64,000 nucleotides of DNA, taken from the NCBI GenBank assembly GCA_964199315.1, contig OZ116708.1, positions 23,002,001-23,066,000 of the forward strand, in the 5' to 3' direction. Both the position numbers and the translations under genes were made by a program. Below are positions 1-12,900 of this stretch, piece by piece. Numbering within the stretch: the first letter of the stretch is position 1; each line of letters starts with the position of its first letter. Below the pieces are notes generated by a model. It searched no databases, was not told the DNA's origin, and worked only from the letters and a program-made list of their open reading frames with translations. The stretch is from Orbicella franksi. Its lineage: Eukaryota.

Positions 1-220
1 GAGTAGGTTGCAACTTTTTGAATATTATTATGTATTTAATGAACGTTTTTTACACCTAGTTGTTCAAAGAGTGTAGAAGTGATTATTTGTAGTGAATATA
101 GACCCTTTTCCTTTTGTGTGCATTTAAATTATCCTCACTAAACTCGTTTGGGAGTAAAAATTCTTTTGAATTATCAACTCAAAAACGAGGTTATTCAGGC
201 TTATTTTAATACTAACCATA

Positions 221-873
221 GCTAGAAATCTCGGACAGCAGTGGGAGATGCTAAGACTTGATCTGCCACTCACAGAAGTTAAATTCGTGCGTGGCTGGCA
301 AGAAACACGCAATTGAACAACATGGCGTCACACCGAGCAATGCGTACTCGTGGGAAGAGATAGATCGGGCTTTTCACTGATTCAAAGTTTAGTGGGGCAT
401 TTCTATAAAGTAATTTATTTGAGTGTTTGGCAAACGGCCAATACAGATAAATTTATGTTTGACTGTGTTCAGTTCTGATTCTTTGCTTTGATTTTTGCGT
501 CCCGTCGTAGCGCCATCGAGAGAGCACAGTCTCAGATGCCCCATATATTTAATTTTTGGAGGCGAATAGACTTAAAAAGAGACTGGAACCTAGAAGCCAG
601 GTTACCCAGCGAAAAACAACACGGCAGGTCAAGGAAACAGCAAAGAAGTGTACTACTTTTCTGGTGGATTTCGCTGTACGGTTTTGCAGGTTTTGGGTCT
701 CGGTTAAACCAAAAGACAGTCAGTGAACATTTGGGACTTTGCACTGGAGTAAGGAGGTAAGTGGGATGTTAAATCTGTTTTCTCAGTAAATCTCTAAGTC
801 GCGAGGAATTGCGCGACTCGCTTTTTCTTAATCTGGCGTTTTCAACTGCGCGTACGTGTCCGAGATTTCTAGC
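221..873. mobile_element. Possible non-autonomous TIR element
   Basis: Perfect 17-bp inverted pair gctagaaatctcggaca (221-237) / tgtccgagatttctagc (857-873). No clear TSD was found. Confidence 0.35.
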
Positions 874-1330
874 CACGAAAAGAATTTATAATTGGCAGCC
901 ATTTATGAAAAGGGTCTACAAGATATTGTACAATAAAAACGCATTTGGTAAGGATGTTGTCAAATGTAAGGACAAATCATGCTCTATCATTGTCGTGAGC
1001 TGTCTTAAGGTGGTTCTCCAGCCAAGCTACAGGTGTTAAAGCCTCGTAGTACATCGAAGTAAAATCAGTGCTAGTGCCATTCAACCAGAAGAGAGTTATA
1101 AAATGATTTATCTTAAGTCAGAATGCATGTAGGTCATTTCAGAGTTACCATGTGCCTCTGTTTCAAAACGAGTCCACGTGCAGAACCTTTCATATGAAAG
1201 TGAGTCTGATTGGCATGAAAATGCAGGGAACTTATGGGGGGAACCATTTAAACAAATTAATGGTTTCGCACGCGAAAAGTCATTTTGACACAGAGGCACA
1301 AGGTAGCATGTGAATGGCCCATTGACTTAC

Positions 1331-4300
1331 TTTATACGGCGGTGTCGATAAACCAAGACACTAACAAAGACAACAACTGCTAAAAGGGAGGCAGGAAGCC
1401 CCACAACAAGGCCCAAGCTAAAAGATGTTGAATTATTATCTGCTCTCTGTGCGCTGCCGGGGCTAGGACGGGCCGGGACCTGGAAACGATAAAATAAAAC
1501 GCATTCGCTGCCAAAATTGAAATAACCTTCTACGAAGATGCTTTTTGAGTTCGTCACGCGTTTCATAGGAGGAAAGATTGTGTGACGAGGTAAAGGAGTA
1601 TGCACAGGAGGTTAAGAATTCGAGAACTAGTTGTAATCTCATTACCAAGCTCCTCTTTTTTTTATGTGATCCTCAAAAGGTAGTTGAATTGATTGAAATT
1701 TAATAATGCCATTTCTCTCCAAAGCTTGGCTCTTTCGAAACGCTATCAAATCTTATTGGCGATATGCATAATAAATTCAGTGGAACTTCTAATAGTATAC
1801 TGTGAGCTTAGTTACTGCTCTTCGGATCAAAACTCTTACGTTCACCTTACTATAGTTTTATTAAAAACAGACATTACGTCTGTCACAACATATTCAAAGT
1901 TCTGTTTCACTTAGTCAGACTGGATTATTGGTACAGTAGAGTAGATATCTGCTGTTGTAAAGATATATGGTACATCTCCAGTTATTCGCAATTTTTTAGC
2001 TAAAAATAGCTGACGAATGTAAACGGTTACTACGATAAGTTTTTATCGCGCCCTCGAGTTCGGCCAGGAAACATAATCTATCTTCTTTTGCAATCACTTT
2101 TTCCTTACCTCAAAGGGGGAGACTGTCATCGTATCTTGCGTCGTCGGTGAAGGAAATAAAGCTTTTTGTGGAGTATCGGAAACGGTCGGTTGAACCTCGG
2201 AGACAGTCGTTGTAGTATTGGTGGTGGTCGGCGAAGTACTGAAGACTGCAATAGAGACGGTTGTTGGAACAACAGAAACAGTCGATGAAGTATAGGATAT
2301 TGTCGGCACAATATCGGGGACAGTCGGTGGAGTATCGGAAACTGTCGACGAAATTTCGGGATCCGTTGATGGAGTATACGAGACTGTCGTTGAAGAGTCG
2401 GAGGCTGTCCGTGGAATATCGGTGACTGTCGGGAAAACGATAGAGATGATAGGTGAAGGCGCTGGTGTCGGGCTGGTGGTTGTTGATGGAGATAATGTCA
2501 AAGTTGCGTATAGCGACTTATTTGTGACTGACGGCTGTACAATGGAAGTTGATATAGGACCTTGAATGACAAAACAACAGCATGATTATGTTAAGCGTCG
2601 TTTAACTATCAAAAAAATATAATATATTGATACAATATGGAAGCCTGGGGTTACCTCCTTATATGGGCTATATAGGTATGTGCGGCCCCAAAGGGTTTGG
2701 TCTTTTAGCCGTATTGGTCAGAAGTGGGGTATCGATTTTTGCCATTTTGGTCTCATGGTATGGTTTTTGCATTCTACCCTTGAATTGGTTATGCTTTGTA
2801 GAAGAATCTACTTTTTCATCCCTATGGATAAGACCATAAACAAAGGCCCTTAACAATGTCTTTAACATCGGTCTGAACTGAGTAACTAGCTGATAAGGCA
2901 GGTCTTAAACAGGGTATTTATTTAAAGGCCAGGTCTTAATTAGGGTATTGAATTTTTGGTCAGGTCATAAATAGAGTATGGAAAATCGCAGATTTTTGTC
3001 TTAAATAGCGTAAGGGTTTTAAAAACATTTTCCTGGGAGTATTCCCCCTTCCCCCCCCCCCCCCCCCACCGGGTGGAAGCATAAAAAGGAAATTGCACTT
3101 ACATGTGAGTTTTCCTTCATATTTGAATAACAATCTCTTTCTTATAATGATGGTTTCACTATCAGAACAGCTGATCCCTAAGTTGATGATTCGTCCTCTT
3201 AAAAACTCGGCATCTGAAACACCCTCGTTAACCTGTAAACAAAAACAATAATCTGAATCAAAAGCTGTTCTTAAACGATATAAGATTTCCTTGCCTAGGT
3301 TGGACACAGAATACACTTTTTAAGTATGAAAATTAAAAAAAATATATGAGGAAAAACTGCATTTTAAAACGATATTAAATTGCTTATATGAACTAATACC
3401 AGTTAAACTAACTCAAAAAAAAACTTGGAAAAATATTGTTATAATAATCACGGAAAGCACGTTTTAGTATCATTTAAACCCCTTTTCAAAATTATAAAAA
3501 TAGCTATATTGGGAGTTTATTGACAACTGCCCTTTGCAACATTCGAAAGTTGATATTTTTTTCCTTAAGGCATAGATTGAATTGATAACAAAAGTTCCGT
3601 GGGTTGTTGAACTTATGAGAAAGAGGGCATTGATCAAGCTAGCCAAATGTATTTAATATAAGAAAATCACACCAAATAAAAAGCAAAAATGTTATATTAG
3701 TGGACTATTGACATACCAAGGCTTCTTAGCAGTGCAAAGTGTGATAATGCTTTTAGCCTGCGAGCAGGCTCTTTGCGTTTAAAGTTTTTTCAAACTACAC
3801 GATGTATTCAGGGGCGTAAGTAGGGGGGTCCTGGGGTGCCCGTTATCCCCCCCCCCCCCTTTTGGAAGCCTTTTTTAAGCAAGCAACCAACAACAGGTGG
3901 CAAGAACGTCATGACAATCTGGTGAGTACTCTCACTTTGGCACAGTGTGATCCCCCCTTTGAAAAATCCTGGCTACGCCCCTGGTATTTGAAGTTCATCT
4001 CACATTAAATAGCAAAACATGTCTTGGATGAAATCTCATTCATCGTCAGTTGCACAAGAATACCAATTGAAAATGACCAATAAATGGTTTAACAATGTGC
4101 GATGAAAATAAGAATAATCAAGGATTAATTAAATACAAAAAATGTGAAAATTTTGCACTGATATTGATATACTATTGATAGAAACAATGACGAGATTTTA
4201 TCATGATGATTATTATTATTTTTATCACCTTGATAACGAAAGGAATATCTTGATTAGTTTTCTGGATTGTAAACAGGCTGCTCCTGAATGGAACTTCTGA

Positions 4301-4438
4301 ACCATCACATCCGATATACAAAGACGTGTCTTCATCTACAACACATTGAGGCCATGGCGCTAGGGACAATGGTCTGCGGTCGCTAATGTTCAACATGCGC
4401 AGTTTATTGTCATTGTCCTCATCATCATTATCGTGATC

Positions 4439-4477
<39 letters not shown>

Positions 4478-6525
4478 CTCATCCTGATCCTCACCAAAAC
4501 CAGTGTACGTCAGCTGGTCATATCCTACGAAAAAATGCATTACGAGTGATTTAAGCGCCTTGATGAGGCTAACTTAGATACGTCGTGAGGAACGCCCCTC
4601 AGGTGTCCCCTCTATATGTGTAATTGAAATGCAATGTTCACGTGTTCACTTGAAGCTATTTGGTCCAGTTTTCTCTTTATTGAAAAGGGTGTTTGTCTGT
4701 TGCCAGGACTACAAGTCAGTGCCTCCTTAAGGGAAGTGTTATCCTACTGTCTGGCTTCGTTGAATGTGTGTTTTACTGTTTTGTGAAATTCGTTTCATGG
4801 AAAAAACTAAGGCGCATTTCTTGACTGAATAAAAGCTCTTATAGTTTAAAACATTCAAAAAAGCCTTGGCTACTATTTTTTTTCTGTTACAAAACTATAT
4901 TGTTACCTTCTTAGCAGGACAAATTAAAAGATCGGTAATTTTCACTCTCACTTTTTTTAATTAAACATTTACGCTGAGTAGCAATATCAAGTCCTTTTAA
5001 CATAATAGTTTGATATTCTCAGTCATTCAGCTAAAATGGATTCAACCGTAAATGTATCATTGAAATCAAGAACTCTTAACTGAAGGAACTCCTTAACAGA
5101 CCCGTACGAAATCGTCTAAATCTAAGACTACATACGCTTGTTTAATTATTTATTTATTCATCCATTGATGTGTATCGAGTTGTTATAAAAGTAATTAGGG
5201 AACTCATAGCGCAATATACTTGCGAGTTTATTATGGCTCTGTGGCGGTTTAATATCCTAACTAGTTGATCTGAGAAGTTTATTGCTCAGGGAAAACGGAA
5301 CAACAAATTAGAGTAAACTAAACTTTGAATAACTTATGTCTTTGTTGAAGTTGGAGCTAAATGACTGAGGTTAAATATGCAGTAAAAAAACATTCGATAA
5401 ATTGACGTATTAATTAAGTATTAAAGCATTTCACTCATTTCTCTCATTGTTGCGCATCTAATGAAACATTTCGTGTGCTTTTTATGTGTCCAATCATTGA
5501 TTGAATAATAAGAGCTTTTCGAAGAAGCAGTACCCCTGCTGATAGTTTTAGTACATAAAGAAAAGACGATGATCCGAGAATGTTCATTGTGTCGAAATTC
5601 ACTTGGCAAAACTCGAAGTTATATTTTGGTATGAACTATACCGTCATCAGACTACGTTATGCACACGAGGTAGCTATTAAATACGGTGTTAACAAAACAT
5701 TACGTATGAAAATTAGATACTCATAAGTGTGCAAATGTTTGTATATTGCACTCTCTTTGTCAGAGATAGCGTGTTGTGCAATCTACTGTATATCTTGAAT
5801 TCTGACAGTTTTAATTTCCACCTGATTCTTGTAACAAAGAATACTTTACACAGTTAGTCAGAACCAACACCACAGCAATTAGACTCTTCTCCTATAAGGG
5901 ACATACTACATCAAACGCCTGACATCTTCCTTCAACAAAGGACTCAAATCCAACAGAGAACTTTTCTCATGAGTATTACTTTTTGTTTTGTCTCTTCATT
6001 GTTATTATTAACACCAAATTTAAGAGCTACCATGCTTGCATATTCTAGTCTGATGACGGTTTTGTTCTTTCCGAAATGTAACTTCTGGTTTTGCTGATTC
6101 TTGTCTGAATTTCGACACAATGAACATTTTCGGATTATCATGATTCATTCTTTAAGAAAATCAGCTTCTAAGTCAATTAAGCCGAAGAGGATTATTTACT
6201 CACCAAGCAAGATACGGACGTTATCATTCTTTAAGCATCTCCATTCATTATTACTGAACATCAAAGTTGCATCCTCGTCGGAGCATGAACAAAAGCACCT
6301 TTCACCATGTTCACTTTTAACATCAGCGTTGAATCTTGCACAGTTTATGGAATCGCTTTTATCTTGATCACACAATGATGGAGGGATCTTGAACGAATCT
6401 GTGCCTTGCTGCCATCCGTCGTCCCCATCAGATCTTACTCTGAAAATCTCAAGATCCTCTGATATGGCGATAGCAGTGAAGTACATATTTATGATCAAAA
6501 TAAACTCGATCCTAAACATCTTCAT
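1331..6525 (-). CDS. Receptor paralog A (5' part): signal peptide, Cys-rich N-terminal domain, second Cys domain with poly-Asp insert, S/T/P stalk, TM helix; tail exons not resolved
   Basis: Exons 6525-6204 (MKMFRIEF...WRCLKNDNVRILLG), 4524-4229, 3232-3103 (VNEGVSDAEFLRGRIINLGISC...LLFKYEG), 2560-2109 (Thr/Ser/Pro-rich), 1479-1331 (TM SLGLVVGLPASLLAVVVFVSVLVY then RHRR). All junctions are GT-AG and in frame, with phases 1,0,1,0,2 as in B, C and D. Confidence 0.85.
3809..3983. mobile_element. MITE (175 bp) in gene A intron 2
   Basis: TIRs caggggcgta / tacgcccctg, flanked on both sides by gtatt (candidate TSD). Confidence 0.7.
4404..4492 (-). repeat. Coding (GAT)n-rich microsatellite encoding an Asp-rich tract
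   Basis: A (tca)n run on the plus strand lies inside exon 2 of gene A and translates as EDQDEDDDDDDDDDNDDDDHDNDDEDNDN. Confidence 0.9.
5568..6141. repeat. Diverged inverted repeat (arms of about 130 bp) in gene A intron 1
   Basis: tgttcattgtgtcgaaattca (from 5581) is the exact reverse complement of tgaatttcgacacaatgaaca (from 6106). Similarity extends through ccgtcatcagacta and ggtgttaa. Confidence 0.8.
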
Positions 6526-8219
6526 ATTTCTGAGTGATGTGTTAACCTCGCGAGTGAAATTTGAAGCGGCACCCTTAAAAATATATGAATTACTTGTCCT
6601 TTGAAACAAAACGTCTTTGCACCGTCATGTTGGTGTCACTCCTTCGCCCAAAAACTCAACACTTATATTGCTTTTATTCTTATTATATAAGAACCATCTT
6701 TGTCAACCTTGATTGTTCTAAATTACAGTTTTGAAATTACCCAACGAAACAACCTTAAATGATACTTAATGGCATCACGTTAATACAAGGTTTACCTCAC
6801 GGGTGGTTCTTAATCGATTTATGTCTTTGTTTATATATTGTTTACTTGTTGACCGCAAAGAATATTGCAGTTGTAAGCTATACCATATCCTTAAGTTTAT
6901 TTCAGTATGAACACTTTTTAATAAAATTTGATGAGAAAATCGCGTTTGAACACACGTATATACTATTTAAACTTCCTGGTACATATAATGTTATCGAACT
7001 AACGTGAGGTTCGTATTGGAGAAATATTGGTCGAGTTCTATTTTTTGCAGGTTTATGAACCGAACAGCAGGTGAGGTTCATAAACTTGCAAAGAAAAGAA
7101 CGAAACCAATATTCTCTAATACGGACCGAACAAGTTAGTTCAATAAAGAATTTATTATAATGGCTCTTTTTAAAATCTGCTGCTACATTGATGTGTCTCG
7201 GCGATCCATTCTAGGTAAGAAAACCATTGTGTTTGCGAACTTTTAACCGAAATTGTGCTCCAAACATGAAGGTAAAAAGATTTCCACTAACCAAAAACTG
7301 ATTATTTTTTTCGCAATGAATTGAAAATTGAAAACGCAATTCGCCGAATTAATTCGTGACCGGTCCATCTTAGCAGTCCATATTGCGAAATTCGAACTGT
7401 TAAGGTGGCCGAACACAGTTTTCTCGCGCGCTTTTGCTGATGCAATTGAGCGCGCGCACAAGGATTGCAAAGAGCGATCATTTTATTTACTCAACACCCG
7501 CACTATCTGTGCTATTTTTTCTCTATTATTGAACGCAGTGTATTGATGGCTTTAGTCTTTTATTACAAAGATATGTTAGAAAAGGTAGCGACGCAAAGAA
7601 ACCAGCAATTCTCAGCTTTCTCTTTGTTACCGAAAGAACCCAGTTAAATGCAGCGCATGCGCAGTTGCTCGAAAAATTGAGACCGATTGCTTTTGCAGAA
7701 ACTTGCGGATTTCTGACGATCCAGTCGTTAGAATTTCAAGAAATTTGGCAAAAAAATAGTTCAGAAACCGCGTGAATGATCTATCGCAAAAAATCTGAAT
7801 TTTGACGTAGGGAATTTTTAATAATATAGAACATGCGGTGAAAACGATTTACGGCGAATTACGAAAATCGCCTATGTCAAAATTTTATTAGAACAGTGTT
7901 GACAGAATGGATTTAATGTCAATTCGTAGTGGGCAAAAGATGAAAAAAATCTAACGACTGGATTGTTTTTTAAATAAACAAAAACCATTTTTTAAGCCTT
8001 GTTTTTAACCAGCCCCGTTGCCATGGCAACAGCACACACCTTAGCCAAAATGCGAAAATAAACTTTTCTGTGGTTAACCTTGACTCTTGCAAAAAACGAG
8101 CGCCAAAGCATAAATAGCTTAAAAGTAATGGTGAATTAGGCGTAGGCTCTTGAAAACTGTGTTCGGCCACCTTAAGGGAACGTAAACCAATCAGAATTCA
8201 ACGTAAATGATTACGTAAG

Positions 8220-8440
8220 TAATTAGAGGTGATATAAGCATGCCCTGAGTAGCCCTTAATTCATATTATGCAATAGTTTTTGATCCACTCTAGGTAAGGT
8301 AAGCGTATATTTCCGTTTCTTATGTCGCGTTTGCAAACATTTAATTTAAACTGTCCTTCAAACATGAAGGTAAGTAAGTAATCAGAGGTGATATAAAGAT
8401 TCCTTGAGTAGCCCTTAATTTCATATTATGCAATAGTTAT
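8220..8440. repeat. Direct repeat (about 60 bp x2), probably within an old transposon
   Basis: agaggtgatataag...tgagtagcccttaatt(t)catattatgcaatagtt occurs at about 8225 and 8384. Confidence 0.7.
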
Positions 8441-9459
8441 TATCTGGAGTATTTATGTAAGAAACCAAACTTTCCTACATGTAAACAATGCAACTAACGG
8501 GCTGATGCATCTTACACAAAAACAACTTTTTTAAATATTCATTTTGAGCTATTTCGATTTTGAGATCTAACTAGCAAAATGAAGAGGGGAATGTCAGGGG
8601 CCCACACCGCCATCTTCAGTACTAAGGCTGAGAGTCAACCTTTTCGTACCTTCTTTTTCTTTATTTTTAGAAATTAATCTGCTTCTGTCTCCCGGGAGTT
8701 TTGTGCTCTAACTTAAAAACGGTCAAACACAATACAACGGTTCAGTTCACGGCCTTCTGAGAATGTAGCCCATAGGGCCTAGCAACAAGTTCTCAGCAGT
8801 TCATTTTATTGTCGCTATTTTGTTTCTGCCCATTGTGAGTTCCATATAGCATTGTCAGTTTTTATATAAACTGAAGAAAGTCAAACTTTATATTTCAAGC
8901 AAGGAACTCAACAGAAGGGGCTTCACGGTATAGTGTTTCAATTAGTTCTTAAGAGAACCAATCATTGGTGAACACGTTGCTATCATTTTCGTGACAGTGT
9001 ATGTTACTATAGCAACAGTATGTTGGTGTCCAAAACCAATTGTTGGAGTTGAATCTATTTTTATGTAAGCACATTCCTTTGTTCCAATAAAAAAATTTAC
9101 ATGAATCTTGCCACGTGAGGGAAAACGCTCTATAAACTCGAGAGATACTTTATGACCTGCGAAAGCTTTCCCAGAGGGGAAACAAAGTGGTAATGCTAAA
9201 TTGAAAGGTGTAGTAGCCACTGTAAGTTATGTTTTGCAGGATTTCTGCTAACATGATCATCGATTTACATGGATATGTGTATACACGAAACCGTTTTTAT
9301 TTCAGTTGAATTAGTAAATAAATTAGTGGTGTTACAACAGTACACTGATTGGCCTTGAGTCTTCACAACAGCCAGGTCATTATTCTTTTATTGTTTATCA
9401 GTCGACATTTTTGTCTGTTAAATCTGGATCGGTTCGTGTGTTTTCTTGGGGACCTCTGG

Positions 9460-9941
9460 GTCAAGTCATCTACTGATATCTTGAAAATGTTTCGCGTTGT
9501 ACCCTTTATCATCTGCTCGGACTCCAAGGTAAAGTTCCTCCACGAGAACTGAGCTTTACATCCTCGCAATGGCCCAGTTCATTCTGTTTAATTGTTTCTC
9601 TACCTTATTGTTTGTCTGTTTACTCTGGGTCGAATTACACATTGAATCTTTTATGTTGCTGTATTCTTTATCATCCACTGGGGCGCCACGACAAAGTTTC
9701 TCCTCGAGAACTGAGCACTACATCCTCATAATGGCCCAGTTCATTCTGTTTCAGCGTAGATGGCCATCGACGAATGGTAACACTACTTGTTTCGCTGTTT
9801 ACTTTGGAACGGGTCCTTCGAGAACGTTTTACAGAGGTTCTTGAACATTTCTGGTGCCGCATCCTTCAACATCTGCTGGGATACCCAACAGATGAAAAGA
9901 CTCGTCCTCGAGTACTTTAAAAGATCGGATCATTGACGTAT
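9460..9941 (-). pseudogene. Decayed continuation of the gene B cytoplasmic tail in the presumed 3' UTR
   Basis: Beyond the stop the sequence reads DPIF/KVLED...QEPL*NVLEGPVPK (TAA at 9831-9829), then an in-frame 162-bp duplication with stops at 9720-9718 and 9558-9556 before SVLEE/SVLVEE. This matches the intact DPVYNVLEGP of gene C. Confidence 0.6.
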
Positions 9942-12900
9942 TCAGGAATCATTGGGTTTCCTCGTATCTCCAGGTTTAGATTTTTCCATCGTGTTGAAAA
10001 CCAGCTCTGCTGAAGATATCATGGTACCATATTGGCTAGGTCTTTTTGAACATTCCAGATAAGATTCCAAAGCATTACACTCTGGTTGTATATCATTTTC
10101 ACGACTCTTGGCAGGTCCATTGGCTCCTGGAACTGACAGCTCCTCTACGTGATTGTACACAGGTTGCCGTACACAGACTGGACCTTTCTTTTTAGGCCTC
10201 AGTTCCTTGTCTAAATCAGGATCTTTATAGACAGCAGTACACACAGGCTGTTGAATACCTTTGTCAGGACCCTTCACAGGTCCCTTGGCAGGTCCCTTGG
10301 CTTCTCGAACTGGCAGCTCCTCAACGTGATTGTAAACAGGCTGCTGTACACAGACTGGACCTTTCTTTTTGAACCTCGGTTCCTTGTCTAAATCAGGATC
10401 TTTATAGACAGCTGTATACACAGGCTGTTGATTACCATTGTCAGGAGCCTTAGTTGGTCCCTTGGCAGGTCCCTTGACGCCTCGTACTGAGAGCTCCTCC
10501 ACATGATTGTAAACAGGCTGCTGTACACAGACCGGAACCTTCTTTTTGGACCTCAGTTCGCTGTCCATATCAGGATCTTTATAGACAGCTATACACACAG
10601 GCTTTTGATTACCATTGTCAGGAGCCTTGGTAGGTCCCTTGGCAGGTCCCATGGCTCCTCGTACTGAGAGCTCCTCCACATGATTGTAAACAGGCTGCTG
10701 TACACAGACCGGACCTTTCTTTTTGGGCCTCAATTTGCTGTCATGATCAGGATCTTTATAGACAGCTGTACATACAGGCTGTTGAGTACCATTGTCACGA
10801 CCCTTGGCAGGTCCCTTGGCTCCTCGCACTGACAGCTCCTCCACGTGGTTGTAAACAGGCTGCTCTGCACAGACGCGACCTTTCAGTTTGGACCTCAGTT
10901 CGCTTTCAAAATCAGGATCTCTGTAACCAGCTGATTTCAGGCTGTTGTCATGTCCATAGGCTTGGTTTACCACAGGAACGCTCAGATGAGCATCAGACTG
11001 TTGGGTACCATTGTCATATTCTTGGACAGACCCCAGCGGAGGTCCTCTTACCGACAGCTCCTCCATTTGATTGTATACAGGTTGATCAGCACAGACCGGT
11101 CCTTTTGTTTTGGACCTCAGGTCGCTGTCACAATCAGGATCTTTATAGACAGCTTTATAGGCAGGCTGTTGGGTACTACCTGTGTCGTCATGGCAATGAG
11201 TATCGAGTCCCACAGGAAGGCTCGAGGAAGCATACTCAAGGCTTGGGTTGGGGGGAAAAGGGACTACGTAAGTTGACGCATAGTAATTTGCTGCAAAGAA
11301 AACAATGAAAGAAATAGGACTTAAAAATAAACTCTCTCGAGAAACGGTTCCTTAAAATAAATGGTGTCTTAAATGAACCTCTTGCTTTCGTTGAAAGGTC
11401 TTCTCACGAAACCAGTTTTGTAAAGGGACGAAATAAAACACAAAAAGGAAATAAAATGAGAAAGGAATTTTTGTCCAGCTGTGCCTGTCGTTATTCCATC
11501 GTTCTGTGATCACTCTTTATATCAACCTCCAATAAAGTTCTTGATAGGAATTCCTGAGTAGAAGAGTGTTTGTACCGGTTCAATATCTCAGTGCAGCCGT
11601 TGTAAACTAAATTTTTTCCAGTTTAATTATAAATTGCCATATAACCAGTAGTCTGAATTTCAGAAGAGACGGCTGAAATTCAGACTATATAACCAGACTT
11701 TCCTTTCCTTATTCCTTTCTTCTCCACTTGTCATGTATGGTTCTTATCATATGTGCATTGTCATTAATTATGTGTTGTTCTTCTTATTGTTGTTGTTGTT
11801 GTTGTTTACTCACATGCGTGCCTGATATCTTGCGCTCTGTGCCCACTCTCTGCTTCTGAGCTTGATTGTGCGTTCGCCGATGTTGTGTTCTGAGATAGAT
11901 ACAGGTAAACATTAGATAGGACAGATGAACAGTAAGACCCAGCTGCACACCATAATTATGGTGACTCAAACTCCTCACCTCTCTTTTCACCCTTTTCAAA
12001 GCAGGAAGCTTGGGCTTCTTCAATTTGCTGTGGACAAAATATTTGAAAATGATGGTCAAAAACAAAATATCAACGAACGTCTGCTAACATAGTCGGTATG
12101 TATAGCCCTTTGCATCTACTTGCATCATTTAAAAATAGCGTTAGTTCACTTGTCACCAATTTTTGACAGAATCACCTGACACAGCGTCCGTTACCTAGCA
12201 GTTTGTTAGTAGCGTGACCTGGCCCCTTTAATCAGTTCGTATGTCACAGAATCACCTAAAGAAGCATGACATGGCCACTTTAAGACCACTTTGTATGTAA
12301 CTTAATCACCTTCAAAGTTTCAGGGCACAATCTCAAGACCAGAACCATCTAACACAGAGTTCGTGACCTAGCGCCCTCGTAGCGATCTTGTTTGTAGCGT
12401 GACCTAACCCCTTTAATCAGTTTGTATGTCTCGGGATCACCTAAAATAACGTGTAACACAATCACCTGCAAAGTTTGAGGGTACAGTGCGGACAAGACGC
12501 AAAAAGCGCTTTCGAACGATTGTAACTACAAACAACACCAATTTGATAGACAACATCGATAAAGAGTATTCTCAGGTTCAACTGTGCTATTATTACACGA
12601 CTAAGTTAATTCAGAGGGCCAATAACTGAAATCAACCAATCAGATTGCTTCGTTACCGGTACAACATTCTCTATGATTTGAGCGGGTACAGTCCTGAATG
12701 ATCCCGCACGATCACTTTTGAAGATTTTCTGGCATTGTTTTGACTTAAGTCTCTGAAAGAATTTGCTTTGACATAAACCATTCCTTTCCTCATTATTAAA
12801 CTCTCTTTCCCTTCTGTTTTGTTTAACATCAGACGTAAGTATACGCCTAGTCGGCTCCCAGTCAGAATTGTGCGCTCGAAGTTTCCAATGTTTTTTCAGT

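Noticed and set aside
1-1330. Tail exons of gene A
   Set aside because: Candidate acceptor/donor pairs (for example near 1150-1205 and 210-295) give stops in the required phase 2, so the tail is unresolved or lies outside the window.
10090-11170. CRISPR-like regular repeat array
   Set aside because: The units are contiguous, in-frame coding repeats without unique spacers, in eukaryotic DNA with no cas genes.
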